Assembly (NCBI GenBank): GCA_963169855.1
Contig: CAUJCN010000002.1
Span: forward strand, 5,508-69,507
Source: Patescibacteria group bacterium
Lineage (GTDB): Bacteria > Patescibacteriota > Dojkabacteria > J137
DNA: 64,000 nucleotides
Direction of reading: 5' to 3'
The position numbers and the translations under genes are program-made. Below the pieces are notes generated by a model. The model worked only from the letters and a program-made list of their open reading frames with translations. It was not told the DNA's origin and did no database searches. The first letter of the stretch is position 1, and the number at the start of each line of letters is the position of its first letter. Below are positions 18,376 to 27,276 of this stretch, piece by piece.

Positions 18376-19539
18376 ATGAGCAAAGCTCAACAAGAAATAC
18401 AATCTGTATTCGGTGCTATTCCGGTTGCAGAAGCTTTGGCGAACCCAACATTGGTTCTCGCCGACGGATCAAGTTCGTCTCCGAATTTGCGTTCGTTAGA
18501 AATGGTGTTAACAGCAATATTCGTTAGCAGATACACCGGTGAGGTTGTAACAAATTTCTATCATGGTTCTTCTTTTAGAGAAACTGCTGACAATACTTGT
18601 CTGTGGTTGAGAAAGATGGGCTTCAAGTTAGACAGAGGTTTGTTAGAGCTTCACTTTAATAGATACTTTGGTGATCCGCAGTTGCGTATAGACAACATTG
18701 CTCAGAAAATGAGAAGTAAAGGCAAAAGTGAAGAAAGCATCCAAAGGAGAATTGATTCGTTTGTATGCAATTTGCCAGTTTCTGTCTTTTCAAAAGATGG
18801 AAAAAGTCTGGTCGATCTTATTCAGACCACTAGAGAAGAAACAACAGAATTTATTTCAAATCAATTGGATTTGCAGAAACAAGGGAGTTTTATTGTAGAG
18901 AAAGCATCTGAGATGTTCGGATCAATAACTCCAAATGATGTAATTAGTAATACTGATTCTGAATTTCTAGCAAGATATCCTGTAATGAAAATCTGCTGCC
19001 CAGAGTGCTCGTTAAGTAATGAAGATGAGCCCATCGAGCACGGAGTTTCTGCAGATGGACAAATCTTTCAAAGTGTTGGAGGTGTTTCAACAAATGGGAA
19101 AATTGCTCAGAACTGTTCGTTTATAAAGAACTTAAATGAGTTCTTGTCGGGACAAACTGTTCTAGACCTTCCCGTAAGAGAGTTAATAAACATGGGTTTC
19201 AAAATTAGTGGAAAATTAATCTATTTATTAGAAACATTCTTGTACAAAAACCCAAACATAACTCAAGCAGTAAGAGCGTACTCAAATCCAAACGGAACTA
19301 TTTCTAAAGCGGCGTCAACTTACGAAGGATTAACAATCCTAACTCCGCCTTTGTACATTTATGTTTGCGATAACGGTGAGATGCGGGATGCAAACATTTT
19401 TGAGTTGATGGAGTTTATTGCAGACGGAGAAGGATTGCTACTTCTCAAAGAATTTGTATCACAGATACCGTTAGTAGACGATGGTGTTAAAAGAGTTTTA
19501 GACATTTCTAGTAAACAGATTTTAGTAACTGAATTATGA
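18376..19539 (+). CDS. Hypothetical protein, first gene of the hypothetical/GT4/LmbE operon
   Basis: 387 aa with no motif recognised. The stop overlaps the GT4 start (ATGA). Confidence 0.6.
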   Translation: MSKAQQEIQSVFGAIPVAEALANPTLVLADGSSSSPNLRSLEMVLTAIFVSRYTGEVVTNFYHGSSFRETADNTCLWLRKMGFKLDRGLLELHFNRYFGDPQLRIDNIAQKMRSKGKSEESIQRRIDSFVCNLPVSVFSKDGKSLVDLIQTTREETTEFISNQLDLQKQGSFIVEKASEMFGSITPNDVISNTDSEFLARYPVMKICCPECSLSNEDEPIEHGVSADGQIFQSVGGVSTNGKIAQNCSFIKNLNEFLSGQTVLDLPVRELINMGFKISGKLIYLLETFLYKNPNITQAVRAYSNPNGTISKAASTYEGLTILTPPLYIYVCDNGEMRDANIFELMEFIADGEGLLLLKEFVSQIPLVDDGVKRVLDISSKQILVTEL

Positions 19540-20660
19540 AAATATTAAACATACACGATTATCCACCAACAGAAGGTGGTGGAGTTGAAGTTAATGTAAG
19601 CCGAGTTGGGTCTGCATTGGTTCAAAAAGGAATTCAGTACAGAATTCTAACTAGTAGAAAAATTTCATCAGTTATTAAAAGTAATAGTTCGCAATCTGAG
19701 TTTTCTAAAGATGGTGTTGAGATAAAAATCATAAATAGTTTAAGCGAGTTGAACGATGAAATTATTAATGCTGATATAGTTAATGTTCACTTAACGTTTT
19801 CTTTAAGAACTTTAACAATGATGGCAATTGAATTATGTGCTCAACTTAATAAAAAAACTATTGTTTCTTTACGCACAACTTTCAAACATATACCCTTCTC
19901 TGCTTTGGGTGGTTTAACATCTATAGAAAAAGAGTATCAGTTAAATAAGTTAACAAAGTTATTGTCACAAGATAACTTTGTTTTAGCTGCACCATCGGTA
20001 TATTTAAAAGAGACGCTTAGCTTCTTAGGATTGAACAAACAATTAAACGTGGTTCATAATGGAATCTCTATTGTAAACAATGCCACTAGTGATAAAGAGT
20101 CTACGATATCAGTTGTCGATTTTACTTATATTGGTAATCTATCAGTTCTTAAAAACGTAGAAGGTTTATTAGAAGCATTTGCAAAACTGAACAAATTAAT
20201 TCCGAATACAAAATTAAGACTTATTGGTAACGGAGAACTAATGAATGAAGTACTTCAAAAAATTGAATACTTTGAACTAGCAAGTTCCGTAGAAGTGCTT
20301 GGATATGTTGAAAATAGGTATATTTCTGATTACTTAAAAAGTACAAAAGTACTTATACATCCGTCGTTAACAGAAGCATGGTGTAACTCAGTTGCGGAAG
20401 CCCTATCTATAGGAATTCCTGTAATCGCTTCTGGAGTTGAAGGTCTTCGTGAATTGACACAGGAGGGTAGCTTTGCAGATCTAGTTATCCCAGGTGATAC
20501 GGAATCTTTGTTTCTATCAATGAAAGAAATTCTGGAATCTAAAACAAAATACTTACATTTAAAATCTAAAGCAGACAAAGCAAAAGACTTTGTATTGTCT
20601 AACTATACGATTGAGAATCAAGCGGATCAATTAATTAAACTTTACAAATCCTTATTATGA
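19536..20660 (+). CDS. Family 4 glycosyltransferase (GT-B, retaining)
   Basis: 374 aa with C-terminal HPSLTEAWCNSVAEALSIGIPVIASGVEG (E-x7-E-like GT4 motif). Confidence 0.75.
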   Translation: MKILNIHDYPPTEGGGVEVNVSRVGSALVQKGIQYRILTSRKISSVIKSNSSQSEFSKDGVEIKIINSLSELNDEIINADIVNVHLTFSLRTLTMMAIELCAQLNKKTIVSLRTTFKHIPFSALGGLTSIEKEYQLNKLTKLLSQDNFVLAAPSVYLKETLSFLGLNKQLNVVHNGISIVNNATSDKESTISVVDFTYIGNLSVLKNVEGLLEAFAKLNKLIPNTKLRLIGNGELMNEVLQKIEYFELASSVEVLGYVENRYISDYLKSTKVLIHPSLTEAWCNSVAEALSIGIPVIASGVEGLRELTQEGSFADLVIPGDTESLFLSMKEILESKTKYLHLKSKADKAKDFVLSNYTIENQADQLIKLYKSLL

Positions 20661-21364
20661 AAAATGAAAATAAAAGAGTGTTAATTTTTACACCTCACCC
20701 AGATGACCACATTAGTTGCGGTGGTGCAATATTAAAGCTTGTAAAAAAAGGTTATGAAATTTATGAAGTTCTTTTCACAAACGGGGAAACTGGAGGTCAA
20801 ATTGGAAAAGTTGATGTAGATAAAAATGAACTTGTTCAAATACGAAAAACAGAGTTCGATAAGGCAACCGAAATCATTGGAACAAAAGAGATATTTAGAA
20901 TGAATATCCCAACAAACAACGTCGAATATAGTCCTGAATTATTTTTTGAGTTGATAAGAATCATTCGAGAGGTAAAACCAGTGTTGGCAATTATTCCTCA
21001 CAAGGATGACTATCACAGAGATCACAGAGAAGTAAGTGTGATTTCACAAGACGCTCTTACAAGAGCAGACAACAGTTTCGCCTTGCATTTAGGTGCAAGA
21101 TTCAGAGTTCCTGTGGTTCTTAGTTGTCGTGGCTTAAATCCATTAACTCGTGTAGATCTAATGGTTGATATTTCTGAAGAATTTAATCAATTGCAAAAAG
21201 TTGTCGAAGTATACAGTTCTCAGATTACGCCAAGATTGAAACAGTATACAGAATCACTTCCTAGTGCAGCTGGTTATTACATGAGAACACAATATGCAGA
21301 GGAGTATGAAGTTCCATTGAATCTTCCTATTTTTCCAAATGAAGTGTTAAAAGATTTAGCTTAG
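20657..21364 (+). CDS. LmbE/PIG-L family N-acetylglucosaminyl deacetylase
   Basis: VLIFTPHPDDHISCGGAIL (PHPDDE-like zinc-binding motif) and HRDH later. The start overlaps the GT4 stop. Confidence 0.75.
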   Translation: MKNENKRVLIFTPHPDDHISCGGAILKLVKKGYEIYEVLFTNGETGGQIGKVDVDKNELVQIRKTEFDKATEIIGTKEIFRMNIPTNNVEYSPELFFELIRIIREVKPVLAIIPHKDDYHRDHREVSVISQDALTRADNSFALHLGARFRVPVVLSCRGLNPLTRVDLMVDISEEFNQLQKVVEVYSSQITPRLKQYTESLPSAAGYYMRTQYAEEYEVPLNLPIFPNEVLKDLA

Positions 21365-21442
21365 ATCAAGTAAAATTGACTATTCAGAAACATAGTTCGT
21401 GCATATCATAGCAGTTAGTAATTTATTTATTATTTAACTGCT

Positions 21443-21763
21443 ATGAATATTTCTGTTTTAAATTTCCCACCTACACATCAGGCAACTTTAGTTCCAAAAC
21501 CAGAATTTCGGATTGATTATAATGATTCGGTTACTAATCAAATATCAAAATTCATTAAAAAACTTGAAGAGTATCATTGTCAACCCTGTCTATCAGGTTT
21601 CATAACAGAAAACGTATTACATGCTTTAAACATTACTAATCACGAAGATTTTGTTCGATATAGAGTTATTTCGGATTTGTTTAACTTTTACAAGCTGCAC
21701 CCAATACCTCAGTTATATAAAGCAATTTGCTTGGAAGTGCTTTCGCTTGGAGTTGAGCAGTAA
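21443..21763 (+). CDS. Hypothetical protein
   Basis: 106-aa ORF with ATG start; an 8-bp inverted repeat (agcagtta/taactgct) lies immediately 5' of the start. Confidence 0.4.
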   Translation: MNISVLNFPPTHQATLVPKPEFRIDYNDSVTNQISKFIKKLEEYHCQPCLSGFITENVLHALNITNHEDFVRYRVISDLFNFYKLHPIPQLYKAICLEVLSLGVEQ

Positions 21764-21814
21764 TTTGCATAACAAAAAACTTAAGTGCTAGAATTTTTTA
21801 GTTAAAATTACATT

Positions 21815-22159
21815 ATGGGAGTTTCGGGTTTACCAATACCAGATAATAACTGGACAATAGAGAATGTTTCACCAATTTGGGAAAAACCTACTTTTATTCA
21901 GAGTCAATCAGATCAATTTACTCTTTACCAAGATATTTGTCTGTATGTTATGAAGTTAATACTTCACCATACAACCAAATTGGCAGATGGATGGATTACT
22001 CCAGAAAATCCAATACACAAGCTTTCTGCAACAGATCGGGTTCAGATCTTAACAAGTATTTATGCAGATCTGGAATCGTTGAGAGATACACATAGTTCTC
22101 CTGAATTAGATCGAGCAATAATCGAAATTCGTGCAAGAAAAGAGGAACTTCTAATGTAG
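21815..22159 (+). CDS. Hypothetical protein
   Basis: 114-aa ORF with ATG start. Confidence 0.4.
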   Translation: MGVSGLPIPDNNWTIENVSPIWEKPTFIQSQSDQFTLYQDICLYVMKLILHHTTKLADGWITPENPIHKLSATDRVQILTSIYADLESLRDTHSSPELDRAIIEIRARKEELLM

Positions 22160-22207
22160 AACTAGTTTTCTTAATGTACTAGAATATATTTAGTTAACAA
22201 AAACTCT

Positions 22208-22750
22208 ATGAAAAGATTTTTACTGTCTGCTCTAGTTTTCATCCTAATTCTTGCTTTAACAATTGTTTCTACAATACTGGCTGTAAACTTACATAATAGT
22301 AACGGTCGTTTGTCTCAAACTGAGCAAAGATTATCTAACTTAGAAGAACTCTTGGCTAAAGCAACTTCAGGTGGAGATGATTTAGAATTACCTGATTTTA
22401 GTGAGTACTCGAAACTTGTTTGCAATAATGTGTCTGAAGATGGAAACTTAATTTTATTAGCTCCTTGCCAAAACTCTGTTGTTTCAAATGAGCCAACAGT
22501 GTACGGAATTGTTAGAGGAATGTTCGAAAATACATTTAACTACTATGTCGAATTGGACAATGTTGTTGTCGATTCCGGATTTGTTACTTATATACCAACT
22601 GGTGACATAGGAACTGCAGGACTTTTTAGTATTGATTTAGATTTAACAGAACTGGAATCAGGAGATATTCCGACATTATCTCTATATTACGATGACGCCA
22701 GAGATGGCGATCAAGTAGAGCTAGTTTCTATAGATTTGGAAATTGAATAA
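22208..22750 (+). CDS. Hypothetical membrane-anchored protein
   Basis: 180 aa with an N-terminal TM segment and an acidic C-terminal domain. Confidence 0.45.
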   Translation: MKRFLLSALVFILILALTIVSTILAVNLHNSNGRLSQTEQRLSNLEELLAKATSGGDDLELPDFSEYSKLVCNNVSEDGNLILLAPCQNSVVSNEPTVYGIVRGMFENTFNYYVELDNVVVDSGFVTYIPTGDIGTAGLFSIDLDLTELESGDIPTLSLYYDDARDGDQVELVSIDLEIE

Positions 22751-22764
22751 GTCTTATAGTATAA

Positions 22765-22962
22765 TTAGTTTAGCGTTGAAGGCAATGGCATGCCGGAGCT
22801 TACAAATTAAACAATAAGGCGTCCTCCGAAGCTTATAGCGTAGGTGGAAAGCTGGGTGGAACCGCGGTTCGACAAGCTCACCGCAGGCTCGTAAAGAGTT
22901 TGCATGACCAAGTTTTTTAACCGTCCCAGAGTAATTTATATATTATTCTGAGACGGTTTTTC
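22765..22962 (+). promoter_or_regulatory. T-box riboswitch leader (glycine-specific) upstream of the GlyRS gene
   Basis: Conserved T-box sequence GGGTGGAACCGCGG at 22855-22867. GGC followed by A candidates at 22781-22784 and 22787-22790 in the putative specifier region. Intrinsic terminator ccgtcccagag...ctgagacgg plus TTTTT at 22921-22961, ending 27 nt before the ATG. Confidence 0.8.
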
Positions 22963-22988
22963 TATACCTCAGAAAGTTAACTTATTAT

Positions 22989-24404
22989 ATGAAAAAACTA
23001 GAAAATCTAGAGCAATTTAGATCATGGGCTAAGGAAAATGCTTTTGTATACGCTTCCAGCGAAATCTATGGAGGATTATCTGCAATCTTTGATTACGGTC
23101 CAATGGGAATTCTTCTTAAAAATAACATTCAAAGAGAATGGGAAAAAGCTATGGTTCAGGAAAGATCCGACGTTGTCTTGCTAGATTCAGCAATCTTTAT
23201 GCATCCGAAAACATGGGTTGCATCTGGTCACGCAGCAGGTTTTTCTGATGTTCTTGTTGAAGATAAGAAGACACATAAAAGATACAGAGCTGATCATTTA
23301 GTTGAAGAATTCTATGAGCAGAAAGGTGAAAAAGTGGATATGGATAAGAAGACTCCAGAAGAAATTGCTCAGATTATCAAAGACAATGGAATTAAAAGTC
23401 CAGATGGAAACGATTTAACTGAACCTAGAAACTTTAACTTAATGTTGAAGACCAACTTAGGATCTACTGATGCTCAATTTAACGATGAGAATGTTGTTTA
23501 TGCAAGAGCTGAGACTTGCCAAGGAATTTACCTTCAATATAAGAATATCCAAGAAACAATGAGACTTAAGCTTCCTTTTGGAATCGCTCAAGTTGGAAAA
23601 GCATTCAGAAATGAAATTGTTGCAAGACAATTTATCTTTAGAACAAGAGAATTCGAACAAATGGAAATGCAGTATTTCCACAAACCAGAAGATACAGAAA
23701 AGATTTTTGAAGAATGGAAACAAGCACGAATGGACTGGCATGTGAATGTTCTAGGAATTAATCCTGAGAATTTAAGATTCAAAAAGCACGAGAAATTGGT
23801 TTTCTACGCGTCTGCTGCTTATGATATCGAGTACAATTTTGGTACTTTGGGAGGATTTAAAGAATTAGAAGGTATTCACGCTAGATCAGACTATGATTTA
23901 ACCCAGCATACTAAATTCTCTGGTGAGAAGCTTGATTATTTCGATCAGGAAAGAAATGTTAGATTTATTCCTCATATTGTAGAAACATCAGTTGGTTTAA
24001 ATAGAAGTTTAATGATGGTTTTAGAAGAGGCTTGGACTCAAGAGACCCTTCGAGAGCCTCAGGGTGACACACCAGCGGATACTCGCATAGTATTAAAAAT
24101 TAAAAAATCCTTGGCGCCTATTAAAGCTGCTATTCTTCCATTATCTAAGAAACCTGAACTACAAGCAAAAGCAAGAGAAGTTCAAGATCTACTAAAGTTC
24201 GATATGATGACTCAGTATGACGAAACTGCATCAATAGGAAAAAGATATAGAAGACAGGATGAAATCGGAACTCCTTTCTGTATTACAGTAGATTTTGACT
24301 CATTAAACGATAATGCAGTTACTATCCGAGAAAGAGATTCTATGGAACAGGTAAGATTACCTATTGCTGAGGTGCGAAATTATATTCTTAAAAATTTAAA
24401 GTAA
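22989..24404 (+). CDS. glyQS: Glycyl-tRNA synthetase, alpha2 (GlyQS/eukaryote-archaeal) type
   Basis: 471 aa with class II motifs (FRNE..RQFIFRTREFEQME; GIHARSDYDL) and a C-terminal anticodon-binding domain. Confidence 0.9.
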   Translation: MKKLENLEQFRSWAKENAFVYASSEIYGGLSAIFDYGPMGILLKNNIQREWEKAMVQERSDVVLLDSAIFMHPKTWVASGHAAGFSDVLVEDKKTHKRYRADHLVEEFYEQKGEKVDMDKKTPEEIAQIIKDNGIKSPDGNDLTEPRNFNLMLKTNLGSTDAQFNDENVVYARAETCQGIYLQYKNIQETMRLKLPFGIAQVGKAFRNEIVARQFIFRTREFEQMEMQYFHKPEDTEKIFEEWKQARMDWHVNVLGINPENLRFKKHEKLVFYASAAYDIEYNFGTLGGFKELEGIHARSDYDLTQHTKFSGEKLDYFDQERNVRFIPHIVETSVGLNRSLMMVLEEAWTQETLREPQGDTPADTRIVLKIKKSLAPIKAAILPLSKKPELQAKAREVQDLLKFDMMTQYDETASIGKRYRRQDEIGTPFCITVDFDSLNDNAVTIRERDSMEQVRLPIAEVRNYILKNLK

Positions 24405-24586
24405 TAAAGAACAATTAAAAACAACTGTAGTATATCAAGATGCATTAGAAAGTTACTTGCAATCTAAAAGCAATTACTTGATGATGGTTTTTTAGCTAAG
24501 TAAATTATCTGGGATAGCTTTTGGTGAGCTTCGAAAGAAATCTACAGAAGAGATTCAAGCATTAACTACACAATACGAATTATAGT

Positions 24587-25324
24587 CTAGGGTACATTCT
24601 GGGTAGTTTTTGGAGTTCTATCTTTATTCGTAATAATCCTATCAACATTCCATAAGGTATAGCTAGGGGTGTTTAGGATATCTTCAACGCTGTAAGGTAC
24701 AATATAACTACCTGGTCTCCTCAATTCAACTCTACTGTCGATTGCTTGGTGGGAAACTGAATAAAAAGAATGTCTCCCATTTTCGTACTGATTAATTCTT
24801 ATGTAGCCTACAAATTCTCCGTTCTCATCTTTGATTTGGAAAGCCGAAGTTTGTAATATCTCTACGTGACTAGAACTATCGTAAATGAATTTCAATGTGA
24901 GTGTATGTTCAGGTGAGTTAGGATCGATTGTGTACTTTGACGAATCAACTCCATAAACAGTATTTAAACGTTTTTTCGCAACATCAAAAACATAATTCGC
25001 CTCTTCAGGCTCAATTTCAAAAATTCTAGGTAGCGAGGATCTGTTACCAATTTGTACTATTGCGTCGTTAGGAATAGTAACTGTAGTAATTATTGATCCT
25101 AGATCTCCGTTCTGAAGTACATCCGTAAAGGCTTGGTAAAGCTCATCATCCGTTGGCAAATCACCGCTGAATGCTAAAGTTTTCCCATCTGCTAATGATT
25201 GAACCTGAAATTCAACACCAAATCTACCTACAAGACTAAGTAAGGAATAAATATTTTGTAAATAATCACGTTTAGTAACTACCTTCTCATTGAATCTTAA
25301 GTAAGAGCCACCTCCTAGATCCAC
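24587..25324 (-). CDS. Hypothetical protein (GTG start as given; no internal Met for more than 100 aa)
   Basis: 245-aa ORF with no recognised motif. Confidence 0.45.
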   Translation of the reverse strand: MDLGGGSYLRFNEKVVTKRDYLQNIYSLLSLVGRFGVEFQVQSLADGKTLAFSGDLPTDDELYQAFTDVLQNGDLGSIITTVTIPNDAIVQIGNRSSLPRIFEIEPEEANYVFDVAKKRLNTVYGVDSSKYTIDPNSPEHTLTLKFIYDSSSHVEILQTSAFQIKDENGEFVGYIRINQYENGRHSFYSVSHQAIDSRVELRRPGSYIVPYSVEDILNTPSYTLWNVDRIITNKDRTPKTTQNVP

Positions 25325-25334
25325 CTGAGTTGAG

Positions 25335-25517
25335 TTAACTTTTCAATGCCCTTACTACATCTATAACATTAACTGCTTCCTCATCAGATAATGTCCCCCC
25401 TCTGATAAGCGATGTTAAGATCTCCTTTCCGCCAATAACGCTAACTACAGCTGCTATTAAAAACATTGGAATCTTTCCTTTATGAATTTCAATTAGGTCT
25501 TTAATTCTTTCTCGCAT
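25335..25517 (-). CDS. Small hypothetical protein (60 aa)
   Basis: ATG start with a hydrophobic core; lies just downstream of the bidirectional terminator. Confidence 0.3.
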   Translation of the reverse strand: MRERIKDLIEIHKGKIPMFLIAAVVSVIGGKEILTSLIRGGTLSDEEAVNVIDVVRALKS

Positions 25518-25553
25518 ATCTTCATATTAGATTACCTATAGAAACAAATCAAT

Positions 25554-25578
25554 AAAAAAACCGCCAATTAGCGGTTTT
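25554..25578. terminator. Bidirectional rho-independent terminator (ends rnpB on the minus strand)
   Basis: aaaaaaa-ccgccaattagcgg-tttt: a GC stem flanked by an A-run and a T-run. Confidence 0.6.
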
Positions 25579-25579
25579 A

Positions 25580-25985
25580 ATATGTTCATTCTCATAAGCC
25601 GGATTCTGTTTTAAGGACAATTTCTCTATGCCCCGCCAATGGCAGGTTGCTTTATGCAGGGGTTACCAGCGACTTAATATTACTATTTAGTCCGGTGGTC
25701 TCTTACGCCACCATTTCACCATCACCCAACTACGCCAAAGGCTTAGTCGGGCAGTATCTTTCTGTTGCCCTTTTCTCCCTGAGATCACTCCCAGCCTATA
25801 TTCTGATACAAGTGTTCGTCGTATCAGCTTAAAGGTGCATATCTCGTTAACTTGCAGGCTTTTAAAAGTTTCTGTTTGTCGTACGAGACCAAATTAAAGT
25901 CCGGACTTTCCTCCCGACTACGCTAAAGCTTCGTCGGGTAAACCCAACTAGCCTCGCAAATCGAGTAGTCCAACGGAATGAATCG
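25580..25985 (-). ncRNA. rnpB: RNase P RNA, bacterial type A
   Basis: On the minus strand: P4 5' half GGAAAGTCCGGACT (revcomp of about 25897-25910), GGTGAAATGGTGGCGTAAGAGACCACC (cf. GGUGAAAcGGUGcGGUAAGAGcgCACC) and ACAGAATCCGGCTTATGAG (P4 3' half). A P3 hairpin cccgacgaagctttagcgtagtcggg is present. P1 strands GAUUCAUUC/GAAUGAAC define the ends. Confidence 0.85.
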
Positions 25986-25990
25986 ATAAG

Positions 25991-25996
25991 ATTATA
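25991..25996 (-). promoter_or_regulatory. Putative -10 box (TATAAT on the minus strand) for rnpB, about 7 nt upstream of the predicted 5' end
   Basis: Plus-strand attata at 25991-25996 gives TATAAT on the minus strand. A weak -35-like TGTCAC lies 19 nt upstream. Confidence 0.4.
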
Positions 25997-26134
25997 ACAT
26001 GCCTATAGTATATTTTGTGACATGTTGAAAGCTTCGCTTGTAACATACCAGTAATTTTTATAAATGTTTCAAGCTTTGCTTATAACATGCCTATAGTATA
26101 TTTTGTGACATGTTGAAAGCTTTGCTTATAACAT
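25994..26134. repeat. Tandem direct repeats: a 53-nt unit at 25994-26046 and 26082-26134 (2 mismatches) plus a third partial copy of the 23-nt subunit at 26066-26088
   Basis: Seen directly. Unit = taacat + gcctatagtatattttgtgacat + gttgaaagcttYgcttRtaacat. It overlaps the predicted rnpB promoter and duplicates a TTATAA -10-like element. Confidence 0.7.
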
Positions 26135-26164
26135 TTTTACACTATTTCTAGCCACTATAGGATA

Positions 26165-26752
26165 TTACTTAGGGAGATTTGGCTTTATGTTTGAATACTG
26201 AAATCCTCTCATTAAAAGTCGCTGGATCAACTTTTCTTTAGGTAGCATTGAATTTTTTTGTATGTACTTCTTGATAGACTCTACTTCTTCGTTAGAATCG
26301 TTTAGCAGATCGATTTCTCGGAGAATTTTATCTGAGATTCCTTTTTTCTTTAATTCAGCTTTGATTTTATTTATAGAATATTTCTTAGCTCTTAACTTCG
26401 ATTCTGTAAAAACTTGTGCAAACCTTACATCATCTACAACATTGTGACTGTAAAGGTACTCAATTACAGATTCCAATTCATCTTTTTCAAGTTCTTTCTT
26501 GTATAGGTAAGTACGGATATCTTTTTCAGATTTAAGAACTCCAGAATACTTCCTAAGAGCTTGAAGTTTGAGTTTTGATAATCTTGATCTCTTCTTTAAG
26601 TCATCAGCTTCTTGCAACGAAAGTTCTAATCCTTTATGTAGTCCAAATCTAACTAAATCATCTTTTGTAAATGAGCTCCAAAATTCTCCATCTAGAAATA
26701 CATTTACTTTTTCTTCGTCTTTTTTAGCTTGCTGTATTGAGGTAATTTGCAT
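26165..26752 (-). CDS. recX: RecA regulator RecX-like protein
   Basis: 195 aa, basic and helical, with the three-repeat RecX architecture (LSLQEADDLKKRSRLSKLKLQALRKYSG...). Confidence 0.65.
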   Translation of the reverse strand: MQITSIQQAKKDEEKVNVFLDGEFWSSFTKDDLVRFGLHKGLELSLQEADDLKKRSRLSKLKLQALRKYSGVLKSEKDIRTYLYKKELEKDELESVIEYLYSHNVVDDVRFAQVFTESKLRAKKYSINKIKAELKKKGISDKILREIDLLNDSNEEVESIKKYIQKNSMLPKEKLIQRLLMRGFQYSNIKPNLPK

Positions 26753-26753
26753 A

Positions 26754-27275
26754 TTACTTTGATTCCTCTTCTCTTACGATCTTGTATCGATGTTGGACTA
26801 TACCGTCGTTAAGTTTCTTTGTTTTAAGTAGTTCGAGATTTACTTTTAGTTCCAAATCGTCAAAAAGTTTAACGCCTGAACTTAGAATGATTGGATGAAT
26901 ATCCACTATAATTTCATCGACAAGGTCTGTTTCTAAAAATGTTGAGTTTGTTAGTCCACCACCTGCTATTAGTATATTTTCGTGACCCTGAAATACAAGT
27001 TGCTTTATTAGTATTTCGGGTTTTAGATCAGTGAATTCAGCAACTCTGTAATCGAAATCCTTAGGTTTAGAGGTAAGAATTACGTTTTTAATATTCTCAA
27101 AAGGGAACTGTTCTAGGGCAACTAAATCTTCGTAAGTAACTCTTCCGTAAATTACAACCGAGTTTTTGGAAAGCTCTTTTTCATAAGCCTTTACGTCGTT
27201 AACCCAAGAAGTATCGCCTTGCTCATCGGCTATAAATCCGTCAATTGAAATTGCATTATATATGCAGACTTTCAT
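26754..27275 (-). CDS. Dihydrofolate reductase-family protein (RibD C-terminal domain-like)
   Basis: MKVCIYNAISIDGFIADEQG...ILIAGGG matches the RibD_C/DHFR-like pattern. Confidence 0.6.
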   Translation of the reverse strand: MKVCIYNAISIDGFIADEQGDTSWVNDVKAYEKELSKNSVVIYGRVTYEDLVALEQFPFENIKNVILTSKPKDFDYRVAEFTDLKPEILIKQLVFQGHENILIAGGGLTNSTFLETDLVDEIIVDIHPIILSSGVKLFDDLELKVNLELLKTKKLNDGIVQHRYKIVREEESK

Positions 27276-27276
27276 G

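Noticed and set aside
25647-25832. 61-aa plus-strand ORF
   Set aside because: Lies entirely inside the RNase P RNA gene.
25994-26134. Possible CRISPR array
   Set aside because: There are only 2-3 copies, the unit is heterogeneous (53 nt versus 23 nt), the spacers are not unique regular inserts, and there are no cas genes. It is better explained as a duplicated promoter/operator module.
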